This document shows positions 56,599-64,000 of a stretch of DNA of 64,000 bases, one piece after another. The translations under genes and the position numbers were made by a program. The stretch spans positions 896,001 to 960,000 of the forward strand of contig CBDCDC010000001.1 in NCBI GenBank assembly GCA_965215195.1, read 5' to 3'. This DNA is from Candidatus Latescibacterota bacterium (lineage in GTDB: Bacteria > Latescibacterota > UBA2968 > UBA8231). The notes beneath the pieces were generated by a model that was not told where the DNA came from, searched no databases, and saw nothing but the letters and a program-made list of their open reading frames with translations. Numbering within the stretch: position 1 is the stretch's first letter; the number at the start of each line of letters is the position of its first letter.

Positions 56599-57197
56599 TC
56601 GCGGTCATCGACTACGGCATGGGCAATTTGCGCAGCGTGCAGAAAGCCTTCGAATTCCTCGGTTATGAAGCCGAGATCGTCGAAGCCCCCGACCGCCTAT
56701 GTGCGGCCACGCATCTCGTATTGCCCGGGGACGCGGCCTTTGGCGACGCCATGCACAACTTGCAGGCCGCCGGTTGGGATGCGGCCATTGCCGAGGGCCT
56801 CGCGGCCGACAAACCCTTCTTGGGCATCTGCGTGGGGTTACAACTCATGTTCGAGGAAAGCGAGGAAATGGGAAGGCATCGCGGCCTCGGAATCCTGCCG
56901 GGGAAATGCGTGCGCTTCCCCCCTGCCGAGCGGGTGCCACACATCGGCTGGAACCAAATCGCCATCCAGCGCAAGGTCTCGCTCTTAGAGGGCGTACCCG
57001 AAGGGAGTTTTTTTTACTTTGTGCATTCGTACTACGTGGTAAACGAAAACAAAGGCGATTGCGTCGCCACCACCAACTACGGGATTGACTACACCTCAGT
57101 CGCCGGGAACGGCCGCGTCTTTGGCGTGCAATTTCATCCAGAAAAGAGCCAAGTCTATGGCTTGCGCCTCCTCGACAACTTCGCGCACCTGCGCTAG
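56595..57197 (+). CDS. hisH: Imidazole glycerol phosphate synthase glutaminase subunit
   Basis: IDYGMGNLRSV, GICVGLQ, FYFVHSY, QFHPEKS. Confidence 0.95.
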   Translation: MIAVIDYGMGNLRSVQKAFEFLGYEAEIVEAPDRLCAATHLVLPGDAAFGDAMHNLQAAGWDAAIAEGLAADKPFLGICVGLQLMFEESEEMGRHRGLGILPGKCVRFPPAERVPHIGWNQIAIQRKVSLLEGVPEGSFFYFVHSYYVVNENKGDCVATTNYGIDYTSVAGNGRVFGVQFHPEKSQVYGLRLLDNFAHLR

Positions 57198-57203
57198 AGA
57201 AAT

Positions 57204-57977
57204 ATGCTCGCCAAGCGAATCATTCCCTGTCTAGATGTCAAGAATGGCCGCAACGTGCGCGGGGTGCGCTTTTCGGCCGATCGCGACGCCGGCGATCCCG
57301 TCGAGCTAGCTGCGCGCTACGACGCCGAAGGCGCAGACGAGCTCGTCTTCTACGACATCACTGCTTCAGCCGATGGCCGCGCCATTGTCATGGACCTCGT
57401 GCGCCAAGTCTCCGAGCGGGTCTTCATTCCCCTGATGGTCGGCGGCGGCATTCGCACCTTCGCGGACGTGCGCCACATTCTCAAGACCGGTGCCGACAAG
57501 GTCTCGATCAACTCGGCCCATGTGTATTCGCCGGAAATCATCAACCAAAGCGCGGAAAGCTTTGGCTCGCAGTGCATTGTCGCAGCTATCGACGCGCTTA
57601 GGCGTCCGACCGCACCCGGCCAGCCGCTGTCGTGGGAGCTATACATCAACGGGGGGCGCAAAGCCACTGGCATCGACGCCCTAGAGTGGGTGGAGGCCCT
57701 CGTCGATCGCGGGGCGGGCGAGTTGGTGCTCAACAGCATCGACGCCGACGGGACGCGCGCCGGGTACGACCTCGCGCTAAACCAAGCAGTGGCGCGCCGC
57801 GTGGATGTGCCCATCGTCGCCTCGGGCGGTGCCGGCAACCTCGACCACATCCACGAGGTGTTAACCGCCGGCGAGGCCAGCGCCGCGCTGGCGGCCTCCA
57901 TCTTCCACTTCCAGCATTACTCAATTCCCCAAGTTAAGAGCTTTCTGCGCGAGCGCGGGGTAATGGTGCGCCAGTGA
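57204..57977 (+). CDS. hisF: Imidazole glycerol phosphate synthase cyclase subunit
   Basis: MLAKRIIPCLDV, GADELVFYDI, ASGGAG, ALAASIFH. Confidence 0.95.
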   Translation: MLAKRIIPCLDVKNGRNVRGVRFSADRDAGDPVELAARYDAEGADELVFYDITASADGRAIVMDLVRQVSERVFIPLMVGGGIRTFADVRHILKTGADKVSINSAHVYSPEIINQSAESFGSQCIVAAIDALRRPTAPGQPLSWELYINGGRKATGIDALEWVEALVDRGAGELVLNSIDADGTRAGYDLALNQAVARRVDVPIVASGGAGNLDHIHEVLTAGEASAALAASIFHFQHYSIPQVKSFLRERGVMVRQ

Positions 57978-59119
57978 CCGAGGCAAGCGCAGTGCCGCGA
58001 CAGGCCCTGATGAGCCAAGTGCAGCGGCTGGTGGTCAAAATTGGCAGCAGCGCTCTGACCACTCGGTGTCACAAGATCGACGATGAGGTCGTCGCACAGC
58101 TCGTCGAAGACGTGGGAAAACTGCGCTCACAGGGCCTGGAGGTGGCAATCGTCACCTCGGGCGCGGTGGCCGCGGGCATGGGGCGGATGGCGTTGGACAA
58201 ACGCCCGGACAACATCGCCCAACTACAAGCCCTCGCGGCCATTGGCCAAGTCCTGTTGATGGATATCTACAAGGACGAGTTCCACCGCCGCGGCGTGCCC
58301 ATCGGCCAAGTGCTCTTAACCGCCGAGGACATCCTCGGCGACCGCCATCGCTACGTAAATCTCGAAAACACTTTCCTCAACCTCTTTGCCTACGGGGCCG
58401 TGCCCCTAATCAACGAAAACGACAGCGTCGCCGTTGCCGAGCTCCGGCGCCAGCTCGGGGAAAACGACATGCTCGCCGCTTATGTGACCAATCTGATCCG
58501 GGCGGATATGCTGGTCATTTTCTCGGATGTCGAGGGGCTTTACCACGCCTTTGGCCCACGCGGCCCCGAAGGCAAACTAGTGGGGCAAGTGACTCAAAAC
58601 AGCCTCGACTTAGAGGGGATGATTGGTCGCTCGCTCAACGGGCGCGGCCGCGGCGGCATGGCGACTAAGCTGCGAGCCGCGCGGCTCTTGATGGCCTGCG
58701 GCGAAATGGCAGTCATCGCGCACGGGCGCAAACACCGACTGCGCCACATCCTCGCCGGCCGCGAGCAGGGGACGCTCTTTCTGCCGACCGGCCGCAAGCT
58801 CAACAGCCGGCATCGCTGGATCGGCTTTGCCGGCCAGTGCCGCGGCAGCGCGGTGATCGACCGCGGTGCCCAACGCGCCATCGCCGAGCAGGACAAGAGC
58901 CTGCTCCCGGTGGGGGTCGTCTCCTGCGAGGGCGAATTTGCTGCTGGCGACGTGGTGCAGGTGGTCGGCGAGCGCGGCGAGAAGCTGGGGCGGGGCTTGT
59001 GCCGCTACTCGGCCTCTGAGTTGCGCCGCATATTAGGCATGAGCTCGTCCGCGGTCGCAAGCGCGCTGGGCCGCCCCGCCCGCGAAGTCATCCACCGCGA
59101 CGATCTCGTCTTATTCTAA
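57974..59119 (+). CDS. proB: Glutamate 5-kinase with PUA domain
   Basis: VVKIGSS, TSGAV, INEND, GGMATKL, IHRDDL. Confidence 0.93.
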   Translation: MTEASAVPRQALMSQVQRLVVKIGSSALTTRCHKIDDEVVAQLVEDVGKLRSQGLEVAIVTSGAVAAGMGRMALDKRPDNIAQLQALAAIGQVLLMDIYKDEFHRRGVPIGQVLLTAEDILGDRHRYVNLENTFLNLFAYGAVPLINENDSVAVAELRRQLGENDMLAAYVTNLIRADMLVIFSDVEGLYHAFGPRGPEGKLVGQVTQNSLDLEGMIGRSLNGRGRGGMATKLRAARLLMACGEMAVIAHGRKHRLRHILAGREQGTLFLPTGRKLNSRHRWIGFAGQCRGSAVIDRGAQRAIAEQDKSLLPVGVVSCEGEFAAGDVVQVVGERGEKLGRGLCRYSASELRRILGMSSSAVASALGRPAREVIHRDDLVLF

Positions 59120-59126
59120 AATCGAC

Positions 59127-59408
59127 GTGCCTAAAACGGCCAAAATTTTGCTGATCGCCTTCCTCGCCCTGGTGGCTTACGTGGCCTTTGGCAACGGATT
59201 GTTCTACAAAGTGTGGCAGAAAGAGAAAACCCTAACGGAACTCGAAGCGCAGGTGCGACAACTACAGGCCGGGAACGACAGTTTGCGCCAAGTGATAAAA
59301 CTGCTCGAAGGCGACATTGATTTCATCGAAAGGGTCGCACGCGAAGATCTCGGCTTAGTCAAACCGGGCGAAGTGGTCATCCCCCTGCCGGTGGAAGAGG
59401 GCGAGTGA
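59127..59408 (+). CDS. ftsB: FtsB/DivIC septum formation initiator
   Basis: N-terminal TM, coiled coil, IERVAREDLGLVKPGE. Confidence 0.85.
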   Translation: MPKTAKILLIAFLALVAYVAFGNGLFYKVWQKEKTLTELEAQVRQLQAGNDSLRQVIKLLEGDIDFIERVAREDLGLVKPGEVVIPLPVEEGE

Positions 59409-59412
59409 CGCT

Positions 59413-60192
59413 GTGCCGCGCACTATCGTCAAAACGCGCGCCATCGTGCTGCGCGCCATGCGCATGGGCGAGACCAGCAGCCTAGTGACGTTGTACGCTC
59501 AGGAGTGCGGCAAGCTCAAGGCCATGGCCCGGGGTGCCCGCAAGCCCAAGAGCCGGTTCGGTGCCGCGCTCGGCCTGATGACTGAGGTCCAAGCCGTGTG
59601 CTACGTCAAAGAAACTCGCGACTTGCAAACCCTGAGCGAATGCACCCTGCTCAAACCAGCGCCCAACCTAGCGCAGAGCCTAGAGCGACTTTCCTTTGGC
59701 AGCGCGGCCTGCGAGTTGGTCGACCGCCTGACGATCGAGGGCGAGGGCAACCCCCGGCTCTACCAGTGCCTATCCGGGGTGTTGCACGGCCTTGCCGAAG
59801 TAGAGCCAGAGCAGGTCGAATCCCTGTTTTGGTACTTCCAGTTGCGCGCCGCGGCCGCCCTCGGCTACCGCCCGGAGCTGCGCCACTGCATTACCTGCCA
59901 ACGCGAGCTAGTCAGTCCCTCGTCGTGGTTCAGCACGGCCCTAGGAGGCAGCCTGTGTGCCGCCTGTGGACCCGGAAACGGAATGCGCTTAGCCCAGCGC
60001 AGCTTGCGCTTTCTCGCCCTCCTCCAGGGTCTTAGGACCTACAGCAAGGAGGTACTCCCCCAAGCCCCTGCTCAGCGCGGCGAGATCCGCATGGCTTTGC
60101 GCGGCTTTCTAGAGTACCACGGAGGCGAGCACAGCCGGCTCAAATCGCTCGACTTTCTCGATGGCCTCAACCGGGCCGCCTTACCCGCCTAA
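59413..60192 (+). CDS. recO: DNA repair protein RecO
   Basis: AIVLR..GETS, ARGARKPKSRF, CxxC...CxxC. Confidence 0.9.
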   Translation: MPRTIVKTRAIVLRAMRMGETSSLVTLYAQECGKLKAMARGARKPKSRFGAALGLMTEVQAVCYVKETRDLQTLSECTLLKPAPNLAQSLERLSFGSAACELVDRLTIEGEGNPRLYQCLSGVLHGLAEVEPEQVESLFWYFQLRAAAALGYRPELRHCITCQRELVSPSSWFSTALGGSLCAACGPGNGMRLAQRSLRFLALLQGLRTYSKEVLPQAPAQRGEIRMALRGFLEYHGGEHSRLKSLDFLDGLNRAALPA

Positions 60193-60208
60193 CTTATTGG
60201 AGATTTTC

Positions 60209-61582
60209 ATGTCCGACGACGCAATGGAAAAACTAGTATCCCTGTGCAAGCGCAAAGGCTTCATCTTCCAAAGCTCAGAAATCTACGGCGGCCTCAACGG
60301 CTGCTGGGATTACGGCCCTTTGGGCGTTGAGTTGTTGCGCAACATCAAAGATGCCTGGTGGAGAGCCATGACCTACCGAGAGGACCTAGAGGGCATTGAC
60401 GCCAGCATCCTCATGAATCAGCGGGTGTGGGAGGCATCGGGCCACGTCGATAGCTTTACCGACCCCATGGTCGAAGATCGCAAGACCAACGAGCGCTTTC
60501 GGCTCGACCAGCTCCTCGAAGAAAACGGCATTGACGCAGCGGGCCTGAGCGCCGCGGAGATGGGTGCGCTGCTGCGCGAGCGCAACATCAAGAGCCCCAA
60601 GGGCAACGAACTGAGCGACCCGCGGCAATTCAACCTGATGTTCAAGACCTTTGTCGGTCCGCTCGAAGACGACAGTGCGCGGGTCTTTCTCCGCCCGGAG
60701 ACAGCGCAGGGCATTTTCGTCAACTACCTCAACGTGCAGGCGGCCACGCGCCAGAAGCTGCCCTTTGGCATCGCCCAGATCGGCAAGGCATTCCGCAACG
60801 AGATCAACACCAAGAACTTCCTCTTTCGCACTCGGGAATTCGAGCAGATGGAGATGCAGTACTTCGTCGCGCCCGGCACCCAAGACGAGTGGTTCGACTA
60901 TTGGCGCGAGGAACGCTGGAAGTGGTTCGCGCACATCGGCCTGCCCGAGCGCAAGCTGAGCTGGCGCGAACACCAAGGCGACGAACTGGCCCACTATGCT
61001 CGCGCTGCCTTCGACATCCAGTACGAGTTTCCCTTTGGTCCGGGCGAGATCGAGGGCATCCACAATCGCGGCGACTACGACCTGTCGCAGCACGAAAAAT
61101 TCTCGGGCAAACAGCTCAAGTACTTCGACGAGGAGCAACGCACAAAGTTCGTGCCCTACGTAGTAGAGACCTCAATAGGGGCTAGCCGCACGCTAATGGC
61201 CTGCTTAGTCGAGGCATACCACGAGGAAGAGGTCCGCGGCGAGACCCGGGTGGTGATGCGCTTGCACCCGCGCATTGCGCCGATCAAAGCGGCGGTATTG
61301 CCCCTCGTCAAGCGCGACGGCATGCCTGCCATCGCCCGGCAAATTGCCGCGGGTCTCCGGCCTTACATGCGGGTTTTTTACGACGAGGGCGGCGCGATTG
61401 GCCGCCGCTATCGGCGCATGGACGAGGTGGGGACGCCGTTCTGCCTAACGGTCGATTCGGACACCTTAGCGGATCAGACCGTCACCGTGCGCGCTCGCGA
61501 CACCATGGCCCAAGAGCGAGTGCCCATAGCCGAGCTGCGCGCCCACCTCGAGAGCTGCATGGACGCTTGGCAAATCCCTTGA
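60209..61582 (+). CDS. glyQS: Glycine--tRNA ligase (homodimeric alpha2 type)
   Basis: DYGPLG, LRPETAQG, FRNEI, REFEQME, IGRRYRR.DE.GTP. Confidence 0.95.
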   Translation: MSDDAMEKLVSLCKRKGFIFQSSEIYGGLNGCWDYGPLGVELLRNIKDAWWRAMTYREDLEGIDASILMNQRVWEASGHVDSFTDPMVEDRKTNERFRLDQLLEENGIDAAGLSAAEMGALLRERNIKSPKGNELSDPRQFNLMFKTFVGPLEDDSARVFLRPETAQGIFVNYLNVQAATRQKLPFGIAQIGKAFRNEINTKNFLFRTREFEQMEMQYFVAPGTQDEWFDYWREERWKWFAHIGLPERKLSWREHQGDELAHYARAAFDIQYEFPFGPGEIEGIHNRGDYDLSQHEKFSGKQLKYFDEEQRTKFVPYVVETSIGASRTLMACLVEAYHEEEVRGETRVVMRLHPRIAPIKAAVLPLVKRDGMPAIARQIAAGLRPYMRVFYDEGGAIGRRYRRMDEVGTPFCLTVDSDTLADQTVTVRARDTMAQERVPIAELRAHLESCMDAWQIP

Positions 61583-61608
61583 CCCAGTAGCGTAAATCCT
61601 GATATTAT
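61579..61608 (+). promoter_or_regulatory. Probable promoter for tRNA-Leu/tig
   Basis: TTGACC-18 bp-TATTAT. Confidence 0.45.
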
Positions 61609-61654
61609 CCTGCGCGCTTGGGATACAACCTTCCCTAGGCGCAAATTCCAATAT

Positions 61655-61741
61655 GCGAAAGTGGCGGAACTGGTAGACGCGCTAGATTTAGGATCTAGTG
61701 CCCGCAAGGGCATGGGGGTTCGAGTCCCCCCTTTCGCACCA
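61655..61741 (+). tRNA. tRNA-Leu (anticodon TAG)
   Basis: Acceptor stem gcgaaag/ctttcgc, anticodon arm ctaga-tttagga-tctag, long variable arm, GTTCGAG T-loop, encoded CCA. Confidence 0.95.
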
Positions 61742-61804
61742 TGAATAAACGAGCGCACTGCCTGCGATCCGGTGGTACGCCCTAACCTTGTAGAGTTGCG
61801 TTTC

Positions 61805-63040
61805 GTGAAGACTCATGTCACAGAGAAGGGCCAATGGGTACGCGAGCTAGCCGTTGAAGTCGAGGCTGCGCGCATCGACACCGCCTTCAATAAGGCACTG
61901 CGTCGATACCAAAAGCGGCTGGAGATCCCGGGCTTCCGCAAGGGCAAAGTGCCGCTCAGGATCGTGGAGGCGCGCTTTGGCAGTCCCATTCTCAGCGAAG
62001 TCCTCGACGATCTCCTCCCTTCGCTCCTAAAAGAAGCCATGCGCGAAGCGGGCCTGCGGCCGGCCTCGCAGCCCAAAATCTCCCAGCTCAACTACGAGCC
62101 GGGGGGAAACCTGACGTTCACGGCGGATCTTGACATCTGGCCGGAAATCAAAGCCGAGCACTACGAAAAGCTCGCTGCCACCCGCATGGTTCACGAGGTG
62201 GCCGACGAGGAAATCGGCGAACACCTAGAGAACCTGCGCCGCCGCCACGCCACCGAGCGAGTCGTCGAGCGGCCGGTGGCCAAGGGCGACGTGCTCGTGG
62301 CGGATTTGCAGCGGCTCGACGACAGCGGCCTGCCCATCATTGGCGACAAGTACGAGAAGCGCCACATCCTCATCGGCGACGAGGACGCCCTCAGTCCCGA
62401 GTTTGAAGACGCCCTCGTCGGCATGGGGGCCGGCGACGAGCGCAAGGTCCGCTTCGCCTACCGACAGGACCTGCCCGACCAACAGCTCGCCGGCCAGACC
62501 ACGCATTTCGCAGTGGCAGCCCACGAGGTGCGCGAGCGCACCCTGCCCGAGCTCGACGACGAGTTCGCCAAGGACCTCGGCGAACCGTTCCAGACCCTCG
62601 ACGACTTGCGCCGGCACCTCGGCGGGCAGATCCGACAGCACTGGGAATACATGGCCCAGCAGCGCCTGCGCAGCGAACTAATCGACCAGCTCATCGAAAA
62701 AAACGACTTCGAGCTGCCCGAGAGCATGGTCGATAGCTACCTCGACTCGCTCGAGCAGGAGCAGGCCGATCACGACCACGACTACAGCCATAGCGACGAA
62801 GAGCGCGCCCAAGCCACGCGCCAGCTCAAGAGCTATCTGCTGCTCGAAAGTGTGCGCCAACAAGCCGGGGTCGAAGCGACGGACGCGGAGTTTGCCCAAT
62901 TCGCGGCCGAGCGCGCCGCCTTAGCCGGCGTCCCGGTTGCCGACTTGCAGGATGACGAGGAGTTGCGGCGCGAGTTGGAAGACCAAAAGGTCTTTGAGTT
63001 GCTCATTGCCAAAGCCAAAATCAAAGAGGAAAAGGTATAA
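61805..63040 (+). CDS. tig: Trigger factor
   Basis: IPGFRKGKVP, FKBP-like middle domain, LPELDDEFAK. Confidence 0.93.
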   Translation: MKTHVTEKGQWVRELAVEVEAARIDTAFNKALRRYQKRLEIPGFRKGKVPLRIVEARFGSPILSEVLDDLLPSLLKEAMREAGLRPASQPKISQLNYEPGGNLTFTADLDIWPEIKAEHYEKLAATRMVHEVADEEIGEHLENLRRRHATERVVERPVAKGDVLVADLQRLDDSGLPIIGDKYEKRHILIGDEDALSPEFEDALVGMGAGDERKVRFAYRQDLPDQQLAGQTTHFAVAAHEVRERTLPELDDEFAKDLGEPFQTLDDLRRHLGGQIRQHWEYMAQQRLRSELIDQLIEKNDFELPESMVDSYLDSLEQEQADHDHDYSHSDEERAQATRQLKSYLLLESVRQQAGVEATDAEFAQFAAERAALAGVPVADLQDDEELRRELEDQKVFELLIAKAKIKEEKV

Positions 63041-63043
63041 GTC

Positions 63044-63652
63044 ATGTCCCTGATTCCAATGGTCATCGAACAGACGGGCCGCGGAGAACGCTCTTATGAT
63101 ATCTACTCGCGGCTACTCAAGGACCGCATCATTTTCGTGGGCACTCCCATCAACGACTCAATCGCCAACCTCGTCATCGCCCAGATGCTCTTTCTCGCTT
63201 CTGAAGATCCCAAAAAGGACATCGCGCTCTATCTCAATACCCCCGGCGGCCTGATCTCGGCGGGCATGGCTATCTACGACACCATGCAATACGTGGCCTC
63301 CGACATCGCCACAATCTGCATCGGCCAAGCATCCAGCATGGGAGCTGTGCTGTTGGCCGGCGGCACCAAGGGCAAGCGCCAAGCCCTGCCCAATGCCCGC
63401 GTCTTGCTGCACCAGCCCATGGGCGGGATCGGCGGCCAAGCGGCCGACGTGGAGATCCACGCCCGCGAGATCATCGCCATGCGCCAGCAGATCAACGAGG
63501 TCCTAGTCGAGTGTACCGAGCAGCCGCTGGAGCGCATTGAGCGCGACACCGAGCGCGACTTCTTCATGTCGGCCGCAGATGCCGTCGAATACGGCATCAT
63601 CGACGAGATTATCGCTCCATCTCGCGTCGAGGTCGCCCCTTCCTCAAGATAG
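63044..63652 (+). CDS. clpP: ATP-dependent Clp protease proteolytic subunit
   Basis: [29 protein letters not shown]. Confidence 0.96.
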   Translation: MSLIPMVIEQTGRGERSYDIYSRLLKDRIIFVGTPINDSIANLVIAQMLFLASEDPKKDIALYLNTPGGLISAGMAIYDTMQYVASDIATICIGQASSMGAVLLAGGTKGKRQALPNARVLLHQPMGGIGGQAADVEIHAREIIAMRQQINEVLVECTEQPLERIERDTERDFFMSAADAVEYGIIDEIIAPSRVEVAPSSR

Positions 63653-63661
63653 GAGCCTGTT

Positions 63662-64000
63662 TTGCGTCGCCGGCCCCCCAAAAGCGATCCGCGCTGCTCG
63701 TTCTGCGGGCGCAGTGACCACCAAGTTGACAAGATCATAACCGGCCCCCAGGTCTATATCTGCAACGAGTGCGTCAAGCTGTGCAACGACGTACTGGCCG
63801 AGGAGCGGCAAAAGACCCTCCCCTGGGAGAGAGCAGAGATGCCCAAGCCGACCCAAATCAAGGATTTTCTCGACGAATACGTGATCGCCCAAGAGCGGGC
63901 CAAGAAAATCCTCGCGGTCGCCGTGTACAACCACTACAAGCGCATTCGCACCAAAGTCGCCTTGGACGAGGTAGCGCTCGAGAAAAGCAACGTAATGCTC
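63662..64000 (+). CDS. clpX: ClpX ATPase, 5' part (runs off window)
   Basis: TTG start after AGGAG; CSFCG...[25 protein letters not shown]. Confidence 0.93.
   Translation, partial: MRRRPPKSDPRCSFCGRSDHQVDKIITGPQVYICNECVKLCNDVLAEERQKTLPWERAEMPKPTQIKDFLDEYVIAQERAKKILAVAVYNHYKRIRTKVALDEVALEKSNVML

Noticed and set aside
61655-61741. tRNA-anchored integrative element
   Set aside because: No integrase or duplicated tRNA 3' end seen; the tRNA-Leu-tig-clpP-clpX order is ordinary.

Overview
GC-rich bacterial chromosomal window. The secreted proteins with FlgD/T9SS-like, dockerin and YWTD modules and C-terminal WGRIK motifs suggest an uncultured Latescibacterota-like, possibly sponge-associated lineage (inference). 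From left to right: (1) an M28-peptidase/AAC(3)-acetyltransferase fusion; (2) a promoter and poly-C leader ahead of a tandemly duplicated [small secreted protein + giant modular secreted protein] cluster (3.0-17.8 kb); (3) an unusual bacterial microcompartment (BMC) locus (18.8-28.7 kb) with acylating aldehyde dehydrogenase, PduL, one pentamer, shell proteins with 1, 2, 2 and 4 BMC domains, two DHDPS-family lyases and a DAO-family oxidase, next to rhamnose mutarotase and FAA-hydrolase genes; (4) a defence hotspot with HNH, type I R-M remnants, three TIR genes plus a membrane protein, orphan HigA and PcfJ; (5) an MntR-regulated TroABCD-type Mn/Fe transporter with a MITE in its leader; (6) 2-oxoacid/acetoin dehydrogenase E1/E2 genes and other metabolic genes; (7) a core block proC-hisH-hisF-proB-ftsB-recO-glyQS-tRNA-Leu-tig-clpP-clpX. 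The best candidates for an undescribed system are the BMC locus, especially a possible 2+4-domain hetero-pseudohexamer, and the TIR/membrane-effector cassette. All calls are by eye; no database searches were run.
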